Source: Chiloscyllium plagiosum
Taxonomy: Eukaryota
DNA length: 64,000 nucleotides
NCBI RefSeq assembly: GCF_004010195.1
Contig: NC_057718.1
Location: 90,935,353-90,999,352 of the forward strand
Direction of reading: 5' to 3'
In this document: piece after piece, positions 1 through 12,429 of the stretch
Layout: every line of letters begins with the position of its first letter
Numbering within the stretch: position 1 is the stretch's first letter
Position numbers and translations under genes: made by a program
Notes under the pieces: generated by a model
What the model saw: the letters and a program-made list of their open reading frames with translations, nothing else
The model's database searches: none
What the model was told of the DNA's origin: nothing

Positions 1-290
1 CCATGCTGCTAATCCAGTATGTGGAGGTAGTCACTTTCTTGATTACTCCCTTATTTTCCAGTTCTTCCATCTTAGCTTCTAGTCTGGAGTTGAGGGCAGC
101 TGGAACTCTCCTCAGTAGATGCTGCATTGGTCTTACAGTCCCATCCACTAGGAAGACATTCAAGACCTAGAAAAACATCTTTATAATCTTCTTGAATTTG
201 TTCAGCAGTCAATGTTGTAATGACCTACAAAGCACAGCATATGTCTCGGCTGAATAGTCCAAGCTTTACACTTACTTCAGCTGAAGAAGC
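1..290 (-). mobile_element. Gypsy/Ty3 LTR retrotransposon relic, pol (protease-RT junction), frameshifted
   Basis: Manual minus-strand translation across a frameshift gives ...EQIQEDYKDVFLGLECLP / VDGTVRPMQHLLRRVPAALNSRLEAKMEELENKGVIKKVTTSTYWISSM. This matches the 'DVF.GLG.LP...RRVP.AL...GVI.KV..PT.W.S' stretch that precedes Gypsy RT. Confidence 0.75.
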
Positions 291-299
291 AGTTGCTGA

Positions 300-1150
300 G
301 ATAAGTGGATTCTCCTTAACACCCACTATCCAGCAGGCAATTAGGAAGGCTAATGGAAAATTGCCTCTTATTTCACAGGGGCTGGAGTAAAGGAGAAGGG
401 AGGTCTTACTGCAACAGTACAAAGTGCTGGTGAGACCACATCTGTAGTGCTGGGAGTAGTTTTGGTTCCCTTATTTAGGAAAGGATATTATATTCCTGGA
501 GGTATTTTTTTTAGATTAGATTAGATTCCCTACAGTGTGGAAACAGGCCCTTCGGCCCAACAAGTCCACACTGACCATCCGAAGAGCAACCCACCCAGAC
601 TCATTCCCCTACACCTAACACTACAGGCAATTTAGCGTGGCCAATTCACCTAACCTGCACATCTTTTGGACTGTGGGAGGAAACCGGAGCACGCGGAGGA
701 AACCCACCACGGGGAGAATGTGCAAACTCCACACAGACAGTTGCCCGAGGCGGGAATTGAACCTGGGTCCCTGCCGCTGTGAGGCAGCAGTGCTAACCAC
801 GGTGCCACTGTTTCGCATTTCTGAGAATGTTAACGAGGATGCTCCATGGTATGGAGTGATTGTCTTATGAGCAAAGGCTAAACAGGTTGGGATGCCACTC
901 ACTGAAGTTTAGAAGAATAAGAAGTGATGTTAATGAAACTTATAGGATTCTTAAAGGAGTAAATGCCGAGAAGATGTTTCCCCTGATGGGAGAGTCTAGA
1001 GCACACAGTCTCAGAATAAAGGGGCACCAATTTATGACTCTAATAAGAAGGAATTTCTTCCCTCAGAGGGTTGTCAGTCTTTAGAGTGTTTTGCAACAGA
1101 GGCAGAGTCCTTGTGCATATTTAAGATTGAGATAGATAGATTCTTGATCC
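300..1150 (+). mobile_element. CR1-type LINE ORF2 3' part, interrupted by an HE1 SINE
   Basis: ORF 860-1084 'SYEQRLNRLG..SLKFRRIRSDVNETYRILKG' is the typical CR1 ORF2 C-terminus. The sequence resumes after the SINE at about 810. Confidence 0.8.
511..808 (-). mobile_element. HE1-type tRNA-derived SINE
   Basis: Reverse complement begins GGCACCGTGGTTAGCACTGCTGCCTCACAGCGGCAGGGACCCAGGTTCAATTCC (pol III A/B boxes). (AGATT)n tail at 512-527. Confidence 0.9.
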
Positions 1151-1164
1151 ATAAAATTTAACTT

Positions 1165-1515
1165 CCATAGAATCCCTACAGTGTGGAAACAGGTCCTCTG
1201 GCCCAACAAGTACACACCAACCCTCCGAAGAGTAACACACTCAGACCCGTTCCCTACCTTACTATCCTACATTTACCCTTGACTAATGCACCTAAACTAC
1301 ACATCCCTGAACACTATGTGCAATTTAGCATGGTCAATTCACCTAACCTGCACATCTTTAGATTGTGGAAGGAAACCAGAGCACTCGGGGGAAACCCACA
1401 CAGACACTGGAAGAATGTGCAAACTCCACACAGACAGTCGCCAGAAGCTGGAATCAAACCCGGGTCCCTGGCACTGTGAGGCAGCAGTGCTAACCACTGA
1501 GCCACTGTGCTGCCC
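1165..1515 (-). mobile_element. HE1-type SINE
   Basis: Same consensus as the other copies: tRNA head at 1460-1512, core, and LINE-derived tail ending ...GGGATTCTATG. Confidence 0.9.
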
Positions 1516-1631
1516 CAAAACATAGTCAGGGAGGGATCCAAGCACTTTAGGCCAGTTAGTTAACTGCTCATGGTGGGAAAATTGTGTATAACCTAGGTCA
1601 AATTGAATTGCTCTTTTGGTTAATGAAAGAA

Positions 1632-1762
1632 ACATAGTCATAGAGTCATAGAGATGTATAGCATGGAAACAGACCCTTCGGTCTAACCGGTCCATGCCAA
1701 CCAGATATCCCAACCCGATCTAGTTCCATCTGCCAGCACCCGGCTCATATCCCTCCAAACCC
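1632..1762 (-). mobile_element. CR1/HER1 LINE 3' end
   Basis: (CATAGAGT)n tail repeats followed by the conserved 3' UTR ATGGAAACAGACCCTTCGGTC. Confidence 0.8.
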
Positions 1763-2334
1763 GGATTTATCAAGCACAAATCATGTTTGACAATGTGGAT
1801 ACTGAAAGTATGTTTTCTGTTCAGGAAATCCAGACGTGGGGGTTACTTCCTCTAAGATGGAGGGGAGGAGAAATGTCTTCTCTTGGGAGGGTCATTAGTC
1901 TTTGAATTCTCTTCTACAGAGAGCAGTCAAAGTGGGCATTATTGAATCTAGTGAAGGCTGAGGTAGACAGAGTTTTGTTTGACAAAGGAGTCATGGGTTA
2001 TTGGCAACAGTCAAGAAAGTGGCTCTGAGACCATGTTCAGCAATGAATAGTGGTACAGGTCCTGGACCATATCTATTCCTAATTTCTCATGATCTTATTA
2101 TGATTGATATCATGTATCTGGGATTCCAAATGACATTTCATAAAGTGCAACATATTAGATTTGTTCACAAGATTGTAAAGGGGCAGTAGCTGGGTGAATA
2201 TGAAACTGGCTAAGGGGTGGAAAGTGAAGAGTAATGGTGAACAATGATGATCGCCTTCTGCACTATGGCTCACCCCCCAGCAAACATACCTCCAGGGGTG
2301 AGTGTTGGGATCAGTTTAGTTTTTCCTGTGTGAT

Positions 2335-3175
2335 GGATGTTGCTCTGTCATTTAGTCTCAACCTTACTTTAGAGGACTTCAGCTTTTGGCCACCATCTTG
2401 AGCCACTTCATACAGATCCATGAAACTCATGGGGTTGCTCAGAGCATCAACGTTGGTCTAGCAATTCGCTTGCTGTTCTCCTTCTGTTGTCAACATTCTA
2501 ACAATCACAAGCCACCTTTGGACCTGATGATGCCAACCTGTTGCTTTAATATGGCATCATCTCTCCGGCAGCCATCTTTATCCCTTGACTTGCTTCTTTC
2601 TAGCTAAACATTTAAATGCACTGTGATTCAGCTTCTTACAATTAGAGAATTATTTGTCCTCAGCTGGACATGCTTTCTTTTTCTTGGGAAGTCTTCTTCA
2701 ATATTTACATTCTGTCCCCCCAGTCTTGATCTTTCTGCTGGCTCTTCTCCAAATATCTTTTTCCCCTTTTTCTAATATATTATTCTCATTAAGCTTGGAA
2801 AGTCTCTTGACTATGACTTGTCTGGTCTACCATTAATATGCTAGAATGATGATTATCAATCTTACAGCTTTCGCACACATCAATAGCTTTCTTGAGAGAT
2901 GGTTTCTTGATGCTCAGCAAATGTGGTCTCACTGCAAGATCTCTTGCAAGATTAAGACAATCCAACCCTAATGAGATTATCTTTCAGTTGTCCAAACTCC
3001 AGATGTACCAGTGCAGTCACATACTGATCACTAATCTTCCTTTTTCCTTTAGCTTTGAAATTCTACACATTCTATTCCAAACTAACGTTAATACTGGATT
3101 CAAGGTGTGTCCTCAAAGTTTTCAAAATCTCTCCAACTATTCTGCTATTCTGATTCTAAGTGAAAATAGGCTGCA
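2335..3175 (-). mobile_element. Gypsy/Ty3 relic, gag-protease region (same element as 1-290, split by later insertions)
   Basis: Degenerate minus-strand peptides include EFGQLKDNLIR (gag 'CEFG.L.D.LIRD' motif) and MSFMDLYEVAQDGGQKLKSSKVRL (post-protease). Same strand as 1-290 and in the expected gag-pro-RT order. Confidence 0.6.
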
Positions 3176-3749
3176 ATATGGAGTCAGAAAGTCATACAGC
3201 ATGGTAACAGACTCATTCAGTCCAACTCATCCATGCTGATCATGTTTCCCAAACTAAGCTAGTCCTACTTGCCTGCATTTGGCCCATTTCAAATTTCATC
3301 CTCTGAAGTAAACTGTCCCTCTCACTTAGCAGAGTCTTGTGTCCAGCTTTGGCATTCCTGATACCATTCCACCCTCCCTCGCAGGTCCGGGAAGATCAGA
3401 TTTAACCTGTTGCTGAGTCTTCTCCCTATTAGCAACTCAGCTGGAACTATAGATTGTCACATTCTATTCCCAGTACTGATAATAGGGTTATGATTCTTAC
3501 TCGCGCTCTGAGAGTGGGAAATAGATTAAATTCTGCCTCACATCTACTGTAATTTCCATAGCGCAATGGTGTTAAGTTACTTTAATTCAGCCAATGATTC
3601 AAAGTTGTAGACTAGTGGATTTTTATTACTTCTTTGCTATTTCTTTCAGCTGGCTCTCGTGTAGCTTAGAGAATTCACACACGTTAAGCTGCATCACTGT
3701 AACTCCATGCTACAAATGTTGTGTGCTTAATGTTTGGCACAGACCACAG

Positions 3750-4325
3750 TTGGCAGGTATGGAAAGTTTGAATTATAAAGAAAGGTTGGATAGGTTGGAA
3801 CTTTTTTCACTGGAGTGCAAATGGTTGAGAGGTGACCTTATGGAGGTTTATAAAATCATGAGGGGTAGAGATAGGGTTAATGATAGGTGTCTTTTCCATA
3901 GGATGTGGGACTTGAAGACTTGGTTGGGGGGGGGGGGAGCGGACACATTTTTAAGATGACAGAGAGAGATTTAAAAAAGACATGAGGGGCAATTCTTTTA
4001 CACAGAGGATGGTCTTCATGCGGAATGAACTTCCTGAGGAAGTGGTGGATGTGGTACAATTACAACATTTAAAAGACATTTGGATAAGTACGTGCATAGT
4101 TGAAAAATGTGGTGTTGGAAAAACACAGCAGGCCAGGCAGCATTCGAGAAGCAGGAGAATTGACATTTTGGGCATAAGCCCTTCTTCAGTACGTGCATAG
4201 CAAAGGTTTGCAGGGATATGGGCCAGGGGCAGGCAGGTGGCACTAGTTTAGTTTGGGATTATGTTCGGCATGGACTAGTTGGGCCGAAGGGTCTGTTTCT
4301 GTGCTGCATGACTGTATGGCTCTAT
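3750..4325 (+). mobile_element. CR1/HER1 LINE 3' fragment
   Basis: Peptides 'LNYKERLDRLELFSLE..LRGDLMEVYKIMRG' and 'RGNSFTQRMV..NELPEEVV', plus 3' UTR and tail. Confidence 0.85.
4100..4187 (-). mobile_element. Short PLE-derived HHR element, family A
   Basis: 13-bp TSD AGTACGTGCATAG at 4087-4099 and 4188-4200. Reverse complement reads CTGAAGA-A-GGGC-TTAT-GCCC-AAAA-TGTC (CpG-decayed hammerhead core). Confidence 0.85.
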
Positions 4326-4862
4326 GCTTATGACACACACAAACACATATGGCAATGGGGGAGATTGGATAACTCCAGCAAGCCAGCCAGTACATGCAGG
4401 GTACAATTGCATTTCTCCAAACACAGAGTACCAAAGCTGAAATGTTACAGTTTTTCTTTTGCTGTAACATCACATTTAATTAAAACCCATTTCTAAAAGT
4501 ATCATTGGATACTGACAGAAGAAAGAAACGTTGTCAGGGGTTATGAGTTAGGGGCAGATTGATAATGGCTGAATGTAGAAGGCTCTTCTTTTCCATGAGA
4601 TTGTTCTGCTCGTGGAACAAATTGCTAACTGTTGTGTTGAGTGCTAAATTACAGAATTCCTTCATTGGAGAATTGGCTGTGGAATGATTAATTAATTTAA
4701 GAAGCTGGCATCTTGTGGCATAAGTTAATGTGGTTTTCTGGACTAGTTTAAATTGTTTCAAGGAATTAACGTTTCCCCCTTAATTACCCTGGATTTTAAT
4801 TTATTTTCTCTCCTCTCCTAAGAGACTACATGGTTCTGAGTGGACAGAGAGTGTCTATATAG

Positions 4863-5400
4863 TAGCAAAAACAGAAATTTCTAGAAAAGCTCAGCAGGTT
4901 TAGCAGCATCTGTGAAGAGAAATCAGAGTTGATGAGTCTGAGGAAGAGTGACCCGATCCAAAATGCTAACTCTGATTTCTCTTTATAGATGTTGACAGAC
5001 CTGCTGAGCTTTTCCAGCAATTCATTAAAATCACTACAGTGTGGAAACAGGCCATTAGGCCCAGCAAGTCCACACCGCCCCTCCGAAGAGTAACCCTCTA
5101 AGACCCAATCCCCTCCCCTATTACTTTACATTTCTCCTGACTAATGCACCTAACCTACACATCCCTAAACACTATGGTCAATTTAGCATGGCCAATTCAC
5201 CTGACCTACACATCTTTGGACTGTGGGAGGAAACCGGAGCACCTGGAGGAAACCCACACGACACAGGGAGAATGTGCAAACTCCACATAGACACTGGCCT
5301 AAGGCTGGAATAAAACACTGGTACTGTGAGGCAGCAGTGCTAGCCACTGAGCCACTGTGCTGTTTTTGTTTCTCATTTACAGCATCGGCAGTTCTTTCGT
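4863..5400. mobile_element. Fold-back PLE-derived element, family D, split by an HE1 SINE
   Basis: Inverted arms at about 4875-4932 and 4967-5022. Degenerate core CTGAGGA-A-GAGT..GATCC-AAAA-TGCTA at about 4938-4968. The tail resumes after the SINE at about 5360. Confidence 0.7.
5030..5360 (-). mobile_element. HE1-type SINE
   Basis: Consensus match to the other copies. Confidence 0.9.
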
Positions 5401-7509
5401 GTTTATATAGTAGTGGCTGTTCATTGTGACTGGAGTATTACAGATGAACTTGTTTGTTTTCTTTTCCCTAGCTGACATTTTTGTATGCTCAGATGAAAGA
5501 TCCCAGAAATGAAAGTGTGCAAACTTACTGAAACAGTCAATAACCAAGTGTAAATATTTAATTCAGTATTTATTTGCTAGCTGCACAGCTTGGGACTAGC
5601 AACAGTGATTTACAGCTGTGGGCTTTCATTTAACTTTTACATGCAAAACATAAGATCTTCTGCAGTAGCATGCTTATTGTGTTTGGGAAATACAGCTCAG
5701 GTCAAGTGTGACAACTTCCAGATCTTTCAAATTATATTGTTTGACCCCTTAACTTATGGTTTACACATACAGAGGCATTGAATTAGTAACTTACGAGCTA
5801 TGAGTAATCCTGCGAAAGAATAAAGTAAAAAATTATGGCAAGAATGTGGTTTTGAGCAACTGTGGACATAAACATGTGACCTTCCACTCCATTTCACAGT
5901 GTTTTTTAATTGGTTATTCAATCTCCACAATTCTTCTCAGTTAAGTGAAATTATAGTTGTCTAATGACTTTTGTGGTACATTTACCTTCTCTTGCATAGC
6001 TCTGTTCTCTACAACCTAAAAGGTGTTCAAGCTTTGAATGTTTTTTTGAATTACCCAGAAGCCTGGGGAGCCTTTAATTCCCTGCTACTTTCTCCATGGG
6101 AAAGCCTTGGCCAATAAGAGTTGACTTGCTAACCAATCAGCACCCTTTTCTCCAGTGATATCAGTTGCATCATTTGAAATCTGGCATTCTTGCATTGGTC
6201 CTGATGAGTACACGTGAAAAACTATGACAACATGCCCTTCTTTCCAGGAATATTCACGTTTCCATTCTTTGTTAGATAAGAAATTGTTTAACGTTAAAGC
6301 ACAGGGAAAATCGTGGAAGTAATTACTCCACATTATGATCAAGCACATCCTCCAAAAGACCATTTAGATCAATTATTTTGTGGTGTTTATGAAACGCAAA
6401 GGCATGCAGGTAAATTCCCAGTTCATTTCTGTGGATTGAGTGGGTGTACATGCTTTCAATGTCTGTGTTCCTGTGACTGCCCAGATGTGTGGGCATATCC
6501 GGGAAAGCATTCAGTCACACATGCAATAAAACCACATGAATCATCTTAAAGACCAAGAAAAATGCTAAAGGTGTACAGCCTCCATATTAAGGAGTATTTG
6601 GTCATCCTTTTGCCAGACGTTAATAAACAACAATATGATGATACAAATTGCATTGACACTACATTTTCACTTCTAAGATATTCTGTTTCATATTTATTTA
6701 ATTAATGACAAAAATTATGGCCTTTCTCCTCAAATGTTCCCTCCAGATGTCTCTTTTATATATAAAAAATCTCCTCTACTAACGCAGTAATTCAAACTGT
6801 ACTATCAACTCAGAGGCTGTCTGGTAATTTGTCAGTGTCCTTTCTCCTGCCTGAGCTTGCTTATCATTCTGTAAGGCTGCAGATGTGTCCTACGGAAAGG
6901 GACAATCAGTATTTACACCACTTTCCTTGTAATTTAATAAAATAAATATTCAACACTTGTGATCAGTATATTAACTTGTGTGCAATTTTGATAGTGACAT
7001 ATTGGATTGGAAATGACCTGCTTATTATGCCTTCATTCCCTCTCTAAATGAGTTATGCCGATGATGAGTGATGCTTAGCAGGGCTGTAAGGGGTTAAAAT
7101 GGAATCTGCACAACTCTATTACTACACCACATGGTATACTTATCCACGGGGTATCTCCTCATTATACTGAGATGTCAACCTTAACAAAAATAAACTTCTT
7201 TTCAAGCATAAAGTGTTTGCCAAACACTTCTCTCATGCACATAGTACTCACTTAAAGATGCTTTAGTGCATTAGAACACAAAAGACTTGCCATTATATTG
7301 AACCTCTGACATAAAATAATGCACCAAAATAGAACTGTATCACATCTCACGTAATGTCAACTTAGAATTCTGTGATGCATTTTTAGCAACTTTTAGGGAA
7401 AGTACCTATGAGAAATAAGCAGAAAGACTTTTCTAAAAAAAACAATTCCCCACTCTGATCTGCACACCAAAGTGTGAACAAGCAAAATTAACGTACCTGG
7501 TTCTGCATT

Positions 7510-8068
7510 TGTGGAGCTTCAGAGGCTGAGTGGTGACTTTATAGAGGTTTATAAAATCATGGTTAAAAATCACACAACATCAAGTGGTTGTGAAGGAGCA
7601 GCACTCTGAAAGCTCCTGCTTCCAATTAAATCTGTTGGACTATAACCTGGTGTTGTGTGATTTTTAACTTTGTACACCCCAGTCCAACACCTGCCACTCC
7701 AAATTATAAAATCATGAGGGGCATGGACAGGGTAAACAGAAAAGTTCTTTCTCTGGGGTGGGGGAGTCCAGAACTAGAGGGAATAGGTTTAAAATGAGAG
7801 GGGAAAGATTTAAAAGGGACGTAAGGGGCAGCTTTTTCATGCAGAGGGTGGTGCGTGCATGGAATGAACTGCCAGAGGATGTATTGAAGGCTGGTAGAAT
7901 TAAAACATTTAAAAGGCATCTGGATGGGTATATGAATAGGAAGGGTATGGAGGGATATGAGCCAAATGCTGGCAAATGGGACTAGATTAATTCAGACAAT
8001 CTGGTCAGTGCACACGAGTTGGACTGAAGGGTCTGTTTCCATGCTGTACATTTCTATGACTCTATGAC
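7510..8068 (+). mobile_element. CR1/HER1 LINE 3' fragment
   Basis: Peptide 'GESRTRGNRFKMRGERFKRDVRGSFFMQRVVRAWNELPE' and tail CTATGACTCTATGAC. Confidence 0.9.
7562..7703 (+). mobile_element. Short PLE-derived HHR element, family B, with short inverted 5' arm
   Basis: 13-bp TSD TTATAAAATCATG at 7549-7561 and 7704-7716. GTTAAAAATCACACAACA is inverted to TGTTGTGTGATTTTTAAC. Degenerate core TGTGA-A-GGAGC-AGC-ACTCT-GAAA-GCTC. Confidence 0.85.
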
Positions 8069-8429
8069 CTTATTCTCAGGTAGATTTCAATTTTACTATT
8101 ACTAAGGCACATTCTCCTCCAAGCTAAAACCCAAGAAGCTCAAGAATGTCATACATTCCTCCAACTAATGTCAACTATCACAAAGGGGCTAAATAACAAA
8201 AATTCTATCAGCTTTTCGCCATCGACTCAAATATTCAAATTTTGTTCAAACACTTCCTTTCTTCAAGTGAAACATTTCCCGGATTTTCTCTGAATGGACA
8301 TACTGCTGTTTTATTTATGATGGGGGGGACAATTTATTCACCAGGCTGAGGCAAAGAAAAGCTGTGCAGAGAGTTGATTATTTCACCAGGGAGTCAGAAA
8401 CAAATGTTGCCCATAGTTTCTTTGGAATC

Positions 8430-8760
8430 CCAATGTTTACAAACAGTCGGCGCCAGGATAATCTCTCCGTCCCACCACCCCATCTCACACACACTCAAAA
8501 CAGGGGCCCACGTGGTCTCCCAAAGTTTGGGCAAAAGTTTAACTTTTTTTTTGCTTAAAGAAGGTAAAGTACTGCTGGAAATCTGAAACAAAAGCAAAGA
8601 GAAATCAGCAGATCTGTGCAAAGAGAGAGAGAGAGAGAGTTAAAGTTTCGTGTCCACTCTGAGTCTGAAGAGTTTCTCCAGCAGTCCTCTGTTTTTCTTT
8701 CAACTTTTGTTTGGCTTTCTCTGTCTCTTTGAGTTGTTGTGGGTGCCGGAGCGCTTGCGC
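8430..8760 (+). promoter_or_regulatory. Candidate promoter-proximal region
   Basis: Local CpG enrichment, forkhead-like TGTTTAC (8434-8440) and palindromic E-box CCACGTGG (8508-8515), immediately upstream of the candidate exon. Confidence 0.35.
8556..8705. mobile_element. Old fold-back element related to families A/C/D
   Basis: TGCTGGAAATCTGAAACAAAA...GAGAGTTAAAGTTTCG resembles the family D arm. An inverted remnant TTTCTCCAGCAG..TGTTTTTCTTTCA follows. Confidence 0.45.
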
Positions 8761-8916
8761 AGTGGGATGAGCTGGTCAGAGAGCGGAGTGAGCGAAGCTG
8801 GAACCACATTGCTCTCTGTCTCTTCCCCCTCTCCCTCTCTCTCTCTCACTCAGGGCAGCTGTCACTTTGTGCTGGGAGCTGGGAAGTAGTGAAGCCCCCT
8901 CCCTCTGGGGACGCAG
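8740..8916 (+). other. Candidate non-coding first exon of an unidentified gene (5' start uncertain)
   Basis: GC/CpG-rich unique sequence with a (CT)n tract, ending in a consensus donor GCAG|GTGAGT (GT at 8917-8918). No convincing acceptor upstream and no convincing ORF. Confidence 0.5.
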
Positions 8917-10077
8917 GTGAGTGCTGACTGACCGAGGTGCTGGGGGGAGCTGAAAGCAGAGCTGCCTGTGTATTTGGTCGAAAAGGGAGAAGGTTCTTTT
9001 TTTGTTGTTGTTTTGGCTTGCTGCGGCTGCCTTTTGTTTTTGATGCCCTGATGTGAGTGAGCAGCTGTTTGACCGAGTTCTGGTCTGCTTTCGGCCCCCA
9101 CTCTCTCACAGAAGTGTTTCATTTTCTTGTGTTATTCTCTCTGCCTCAACGTGTTTGCCCTGGTGACCAGCCTTCATGGATGGTCAGAACCCCGTAACCT
9201 TGTCAGGCAAGGAACTCTGAATGTACTGGGGGAGGGTGGTCCTGTGGGGAAGGCTCACTGCTTCAGTCTGTGTTGGTGGGGGGGGGGGATATGCGTTTGT
9301 TTGAAAGGCTTTGATCGAAGGATGGTGGTGTTGACAGTACTGATTTCTCATGGGATGCCTTTTTAAAGCCTTCTGGTGTGTGCAGTACAGCTGAAATTAA
9401 TTCTTGTGAAAAAGTAACCTGGATTAACCTGTGTAGAATGCTGATATTATCTAATCAACAGCAATCTGCTTGTTGCTGTTCATTCATTTCTCACTTCTAA
9501 GCTCATTTCATGCGTACCTCTTCCTACATATATTTGGCCACTTGTTTATAACTGCCAGGGTGCAATGTATTACGACTGCTCTCAATGCCACTGTGGTGCC
9601 TTTGTTATCTTGTGTTACTGAGGCTGATATATCTTTAGTTCCTTCTGCATTTGTTGCTTTGTTTCTGTTGTGCTCTTCAGTGCTGTTTTACAAAGATTAA
9701 ACTTCCCGGAAAGAGTTAAAGCTTTGTCTCTGATAAAGACACAAAGACTTAGATTTAACTGGCAATACAGACAAAGGCAGAGAGCTATCAGCTCTCAGAC
9801 AGCAGGAACTAGACAGAGCCTATGTAAAATCTGTTATGTAAATTCCTGGAATCGAAGGCACTTTATTAACTCTTAAATGTGCCACTGCTGACTTCTTAAA
9901 ATGCCTTTTGCACTTCTGTTGTGGAATAATAAGCATAACTGTCAGGGATAATTTAATGAGAAATGGATGAAACCAAATGAACTAACATATAATAGCTCAG
10001 ATTCCTGAGAAGTCTATTGTGTTCAGCTTGTTCACATCATGATGCCCATTTAAATGGTGGATAAACATGGCTGATAA

Positions 10078-10383
10078 TTAGATTATTTACTATGTGGAAA
10101 CAGGCCCTTCGGCCCAACAAGTCCACACCGACCCTCCGAAGAGCAACTCACCCAGACCCATACCCCTACATTTACCCCTTCACCTAACACTCGGCAATTT
10201 AGCATGGCCAATTCACCTGACCTGCACATCTTTGGACTGTGGGAGGAAACCAGAGCACCTGGAGGAAACCCACGCAGACACGGGGAGAATGTGCAAACTC
10301 CACACAGACAGTCACCCGAAGCGGGAATTGAATCCGGGTCCTGGTGCTGTGAGGCAGCAGTGCTAACCACTGTGCCACCGTGC
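10078..10383 (-). mobile_element. HE1-type SINE
   Basis: Consensus match; head GCACGGTGGCACAGTGGTTAGCACTGCTGCC on the minus strand. Confidence 0.9.
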
Positions 10384-12429
10384 AGCCTAAAATAATAAAG
10401 AGTCATAATGGAATAGTGTAGGTAAAATGGGTTTTAGATTGGTTTCACAAGTTGGTGCAACATGGAGGGCTGAATGGCCTGTACTGTGGTGTAATGTTCT
10501 ACGACTTTCTGGATTGCAAAGGTTAGGAGTTACTATGTAATAAATGTCTGCAGCTGTATGTTTTGCATTTCTTCATAGTCTAAATTTTCAGCCTTAGATT
10601 ATAGTGATTGCTATGGCTGAAATCTGAGAATTTGCCTGCTAATTAACAGTATGCGACATCTTTGGACAATGGAATGGAAATGCAGGTAGTAGTTTCTAGC
10701 AAAAATATTTCCCTTAAATATTTTGGCATTACATCTGAGGTCCAGCATTGTGCAAAATTTGGTGGTTTCACCTTGGAGAGTTTCCCTATTTCTAAGTATC
10801 TATTTCAGTACCGGATGTTCAAATTCATCTTTTAAAAATCTTCATTCCTTTCGATGTGCTGTAGTAGTTCATTTCAATTTTTTTTGTACTGTTGACTCTG
10901 GACCCCCTCCCAATGTTTTTATTTATTCATTCATGGGATGACAATGTCACTGGCTAGGCCAGCATTTATTGCCCATTCCTAAATGACCAGAGTTAACCAC
11001 GTTGCCGGAGGCCTGGAGATTTCCTTCCCTCAAGAGAATTGGTGAGCAAGATTGATGTTTTGTTACCATTAGGCTAACCTTTTACTTCATATTATTGTTG
11101 AATGTAAATTTCATAATCTGCAGTGGTGGCATTTGAACTCAAATCCCCAGAAGAATGTGCTTCTGGTTCAGTGACGTTAACACTACGCCACCATCTCTAG
11201 CGGTTTTTCTAGTGTTTTTTTTTCATCCCTTGCCACATCGCATATAAACTGCCAACCTTGTTTTTAAATACTTAGTTCATCTCATTTCTAAGATTTATGT
11301 AACATTTCAAATTTGTCATCGTCACTTAGTTTCTTTCAATATAGTGCTTACAGTCACTACAGTTACAATTACAATAAATATTCACAATTCATATCAAACA
11401 GTGTCTGTTGCATACAGTCTGAATGGTTTCAACGCAGGAACACAAGGCTGGAGCAGCAGTAGAGCATGGCATCCTGTTGAGCCTACTCTGCTACTCAGTA
11501 CAATAAAATAGGCTCTTGTTACAGCAAGCAGGAGCCTTGAAGTCAGGTAACAGGTAGTAAGTGTGCAAGAGTGAGCCAGGTAGGTTCATCTATACCTATA
11601 CCTTTTGCTATACCTTACAGTTGTGTGTTGATTGTCGCTGGACTATTGTAGAAACACAGCTGTGAAAAACCATATACTTCTCAAACATTAAAAGATGGAT
11701 TATTTAGGTGTGTGTGGTTCTTGTTTGATCCTGGCTGAGTACACATTTTGTAATAAATCCAGAGAAGGAACGGCAATCCATCCTCCTGCATTTTAAGCAT
11801 ACCCATGGGCAAGACTCTCTTTCCTGCTGACTTAAGCCATTCTTTAAAACTTTGGTCACCTTAAAAGGATAGTTGGAAGCCAATCAAATGTATGACTCAT
11901 CCATTCTTACTACAGGTAGTACATATCCTGCTAGTCCTCAATCTAGGGGACGTTTTGTGGCTCCAGGCCGACTATTTTATTAATATTAGGAATGACTGTG
12001 AAGTATACCATGGCTCAATGCAAATGAACAATTGAAAGAATATTACATGCAAGTCCGGCATCCAAAACTATAATACCACAAATACCCTCTGCTGTCTTGT
12101 AGGAGCACTGAAAAATTGCATTATTTGTCGAGGTCGAGGTAACCTTCAACTGTAGGTTCTCAGTGCTGAATTCATCTTACCATCTAAGTGTATCAGAATT
12201 GCCTTTATTCATTGTTCCACTTTTGATTTAGAGGCTTGAGCTGTTTGCCTGAGGTGAGTTGGGACGGTTGCACATGAAGTGACTTTCTACAATAACAACC
12301 CAGTTCTTCTGGGGACTGAGCATCTCACTCGGTGGAGCTGCAGTTTGGTTGGTTTCAGACTTGCAAATGTGTCATGATGCTGACTTGAGGGGAGAACTTT
12401 CTGGATTTCTGATTAACCAGACCCGCTCA

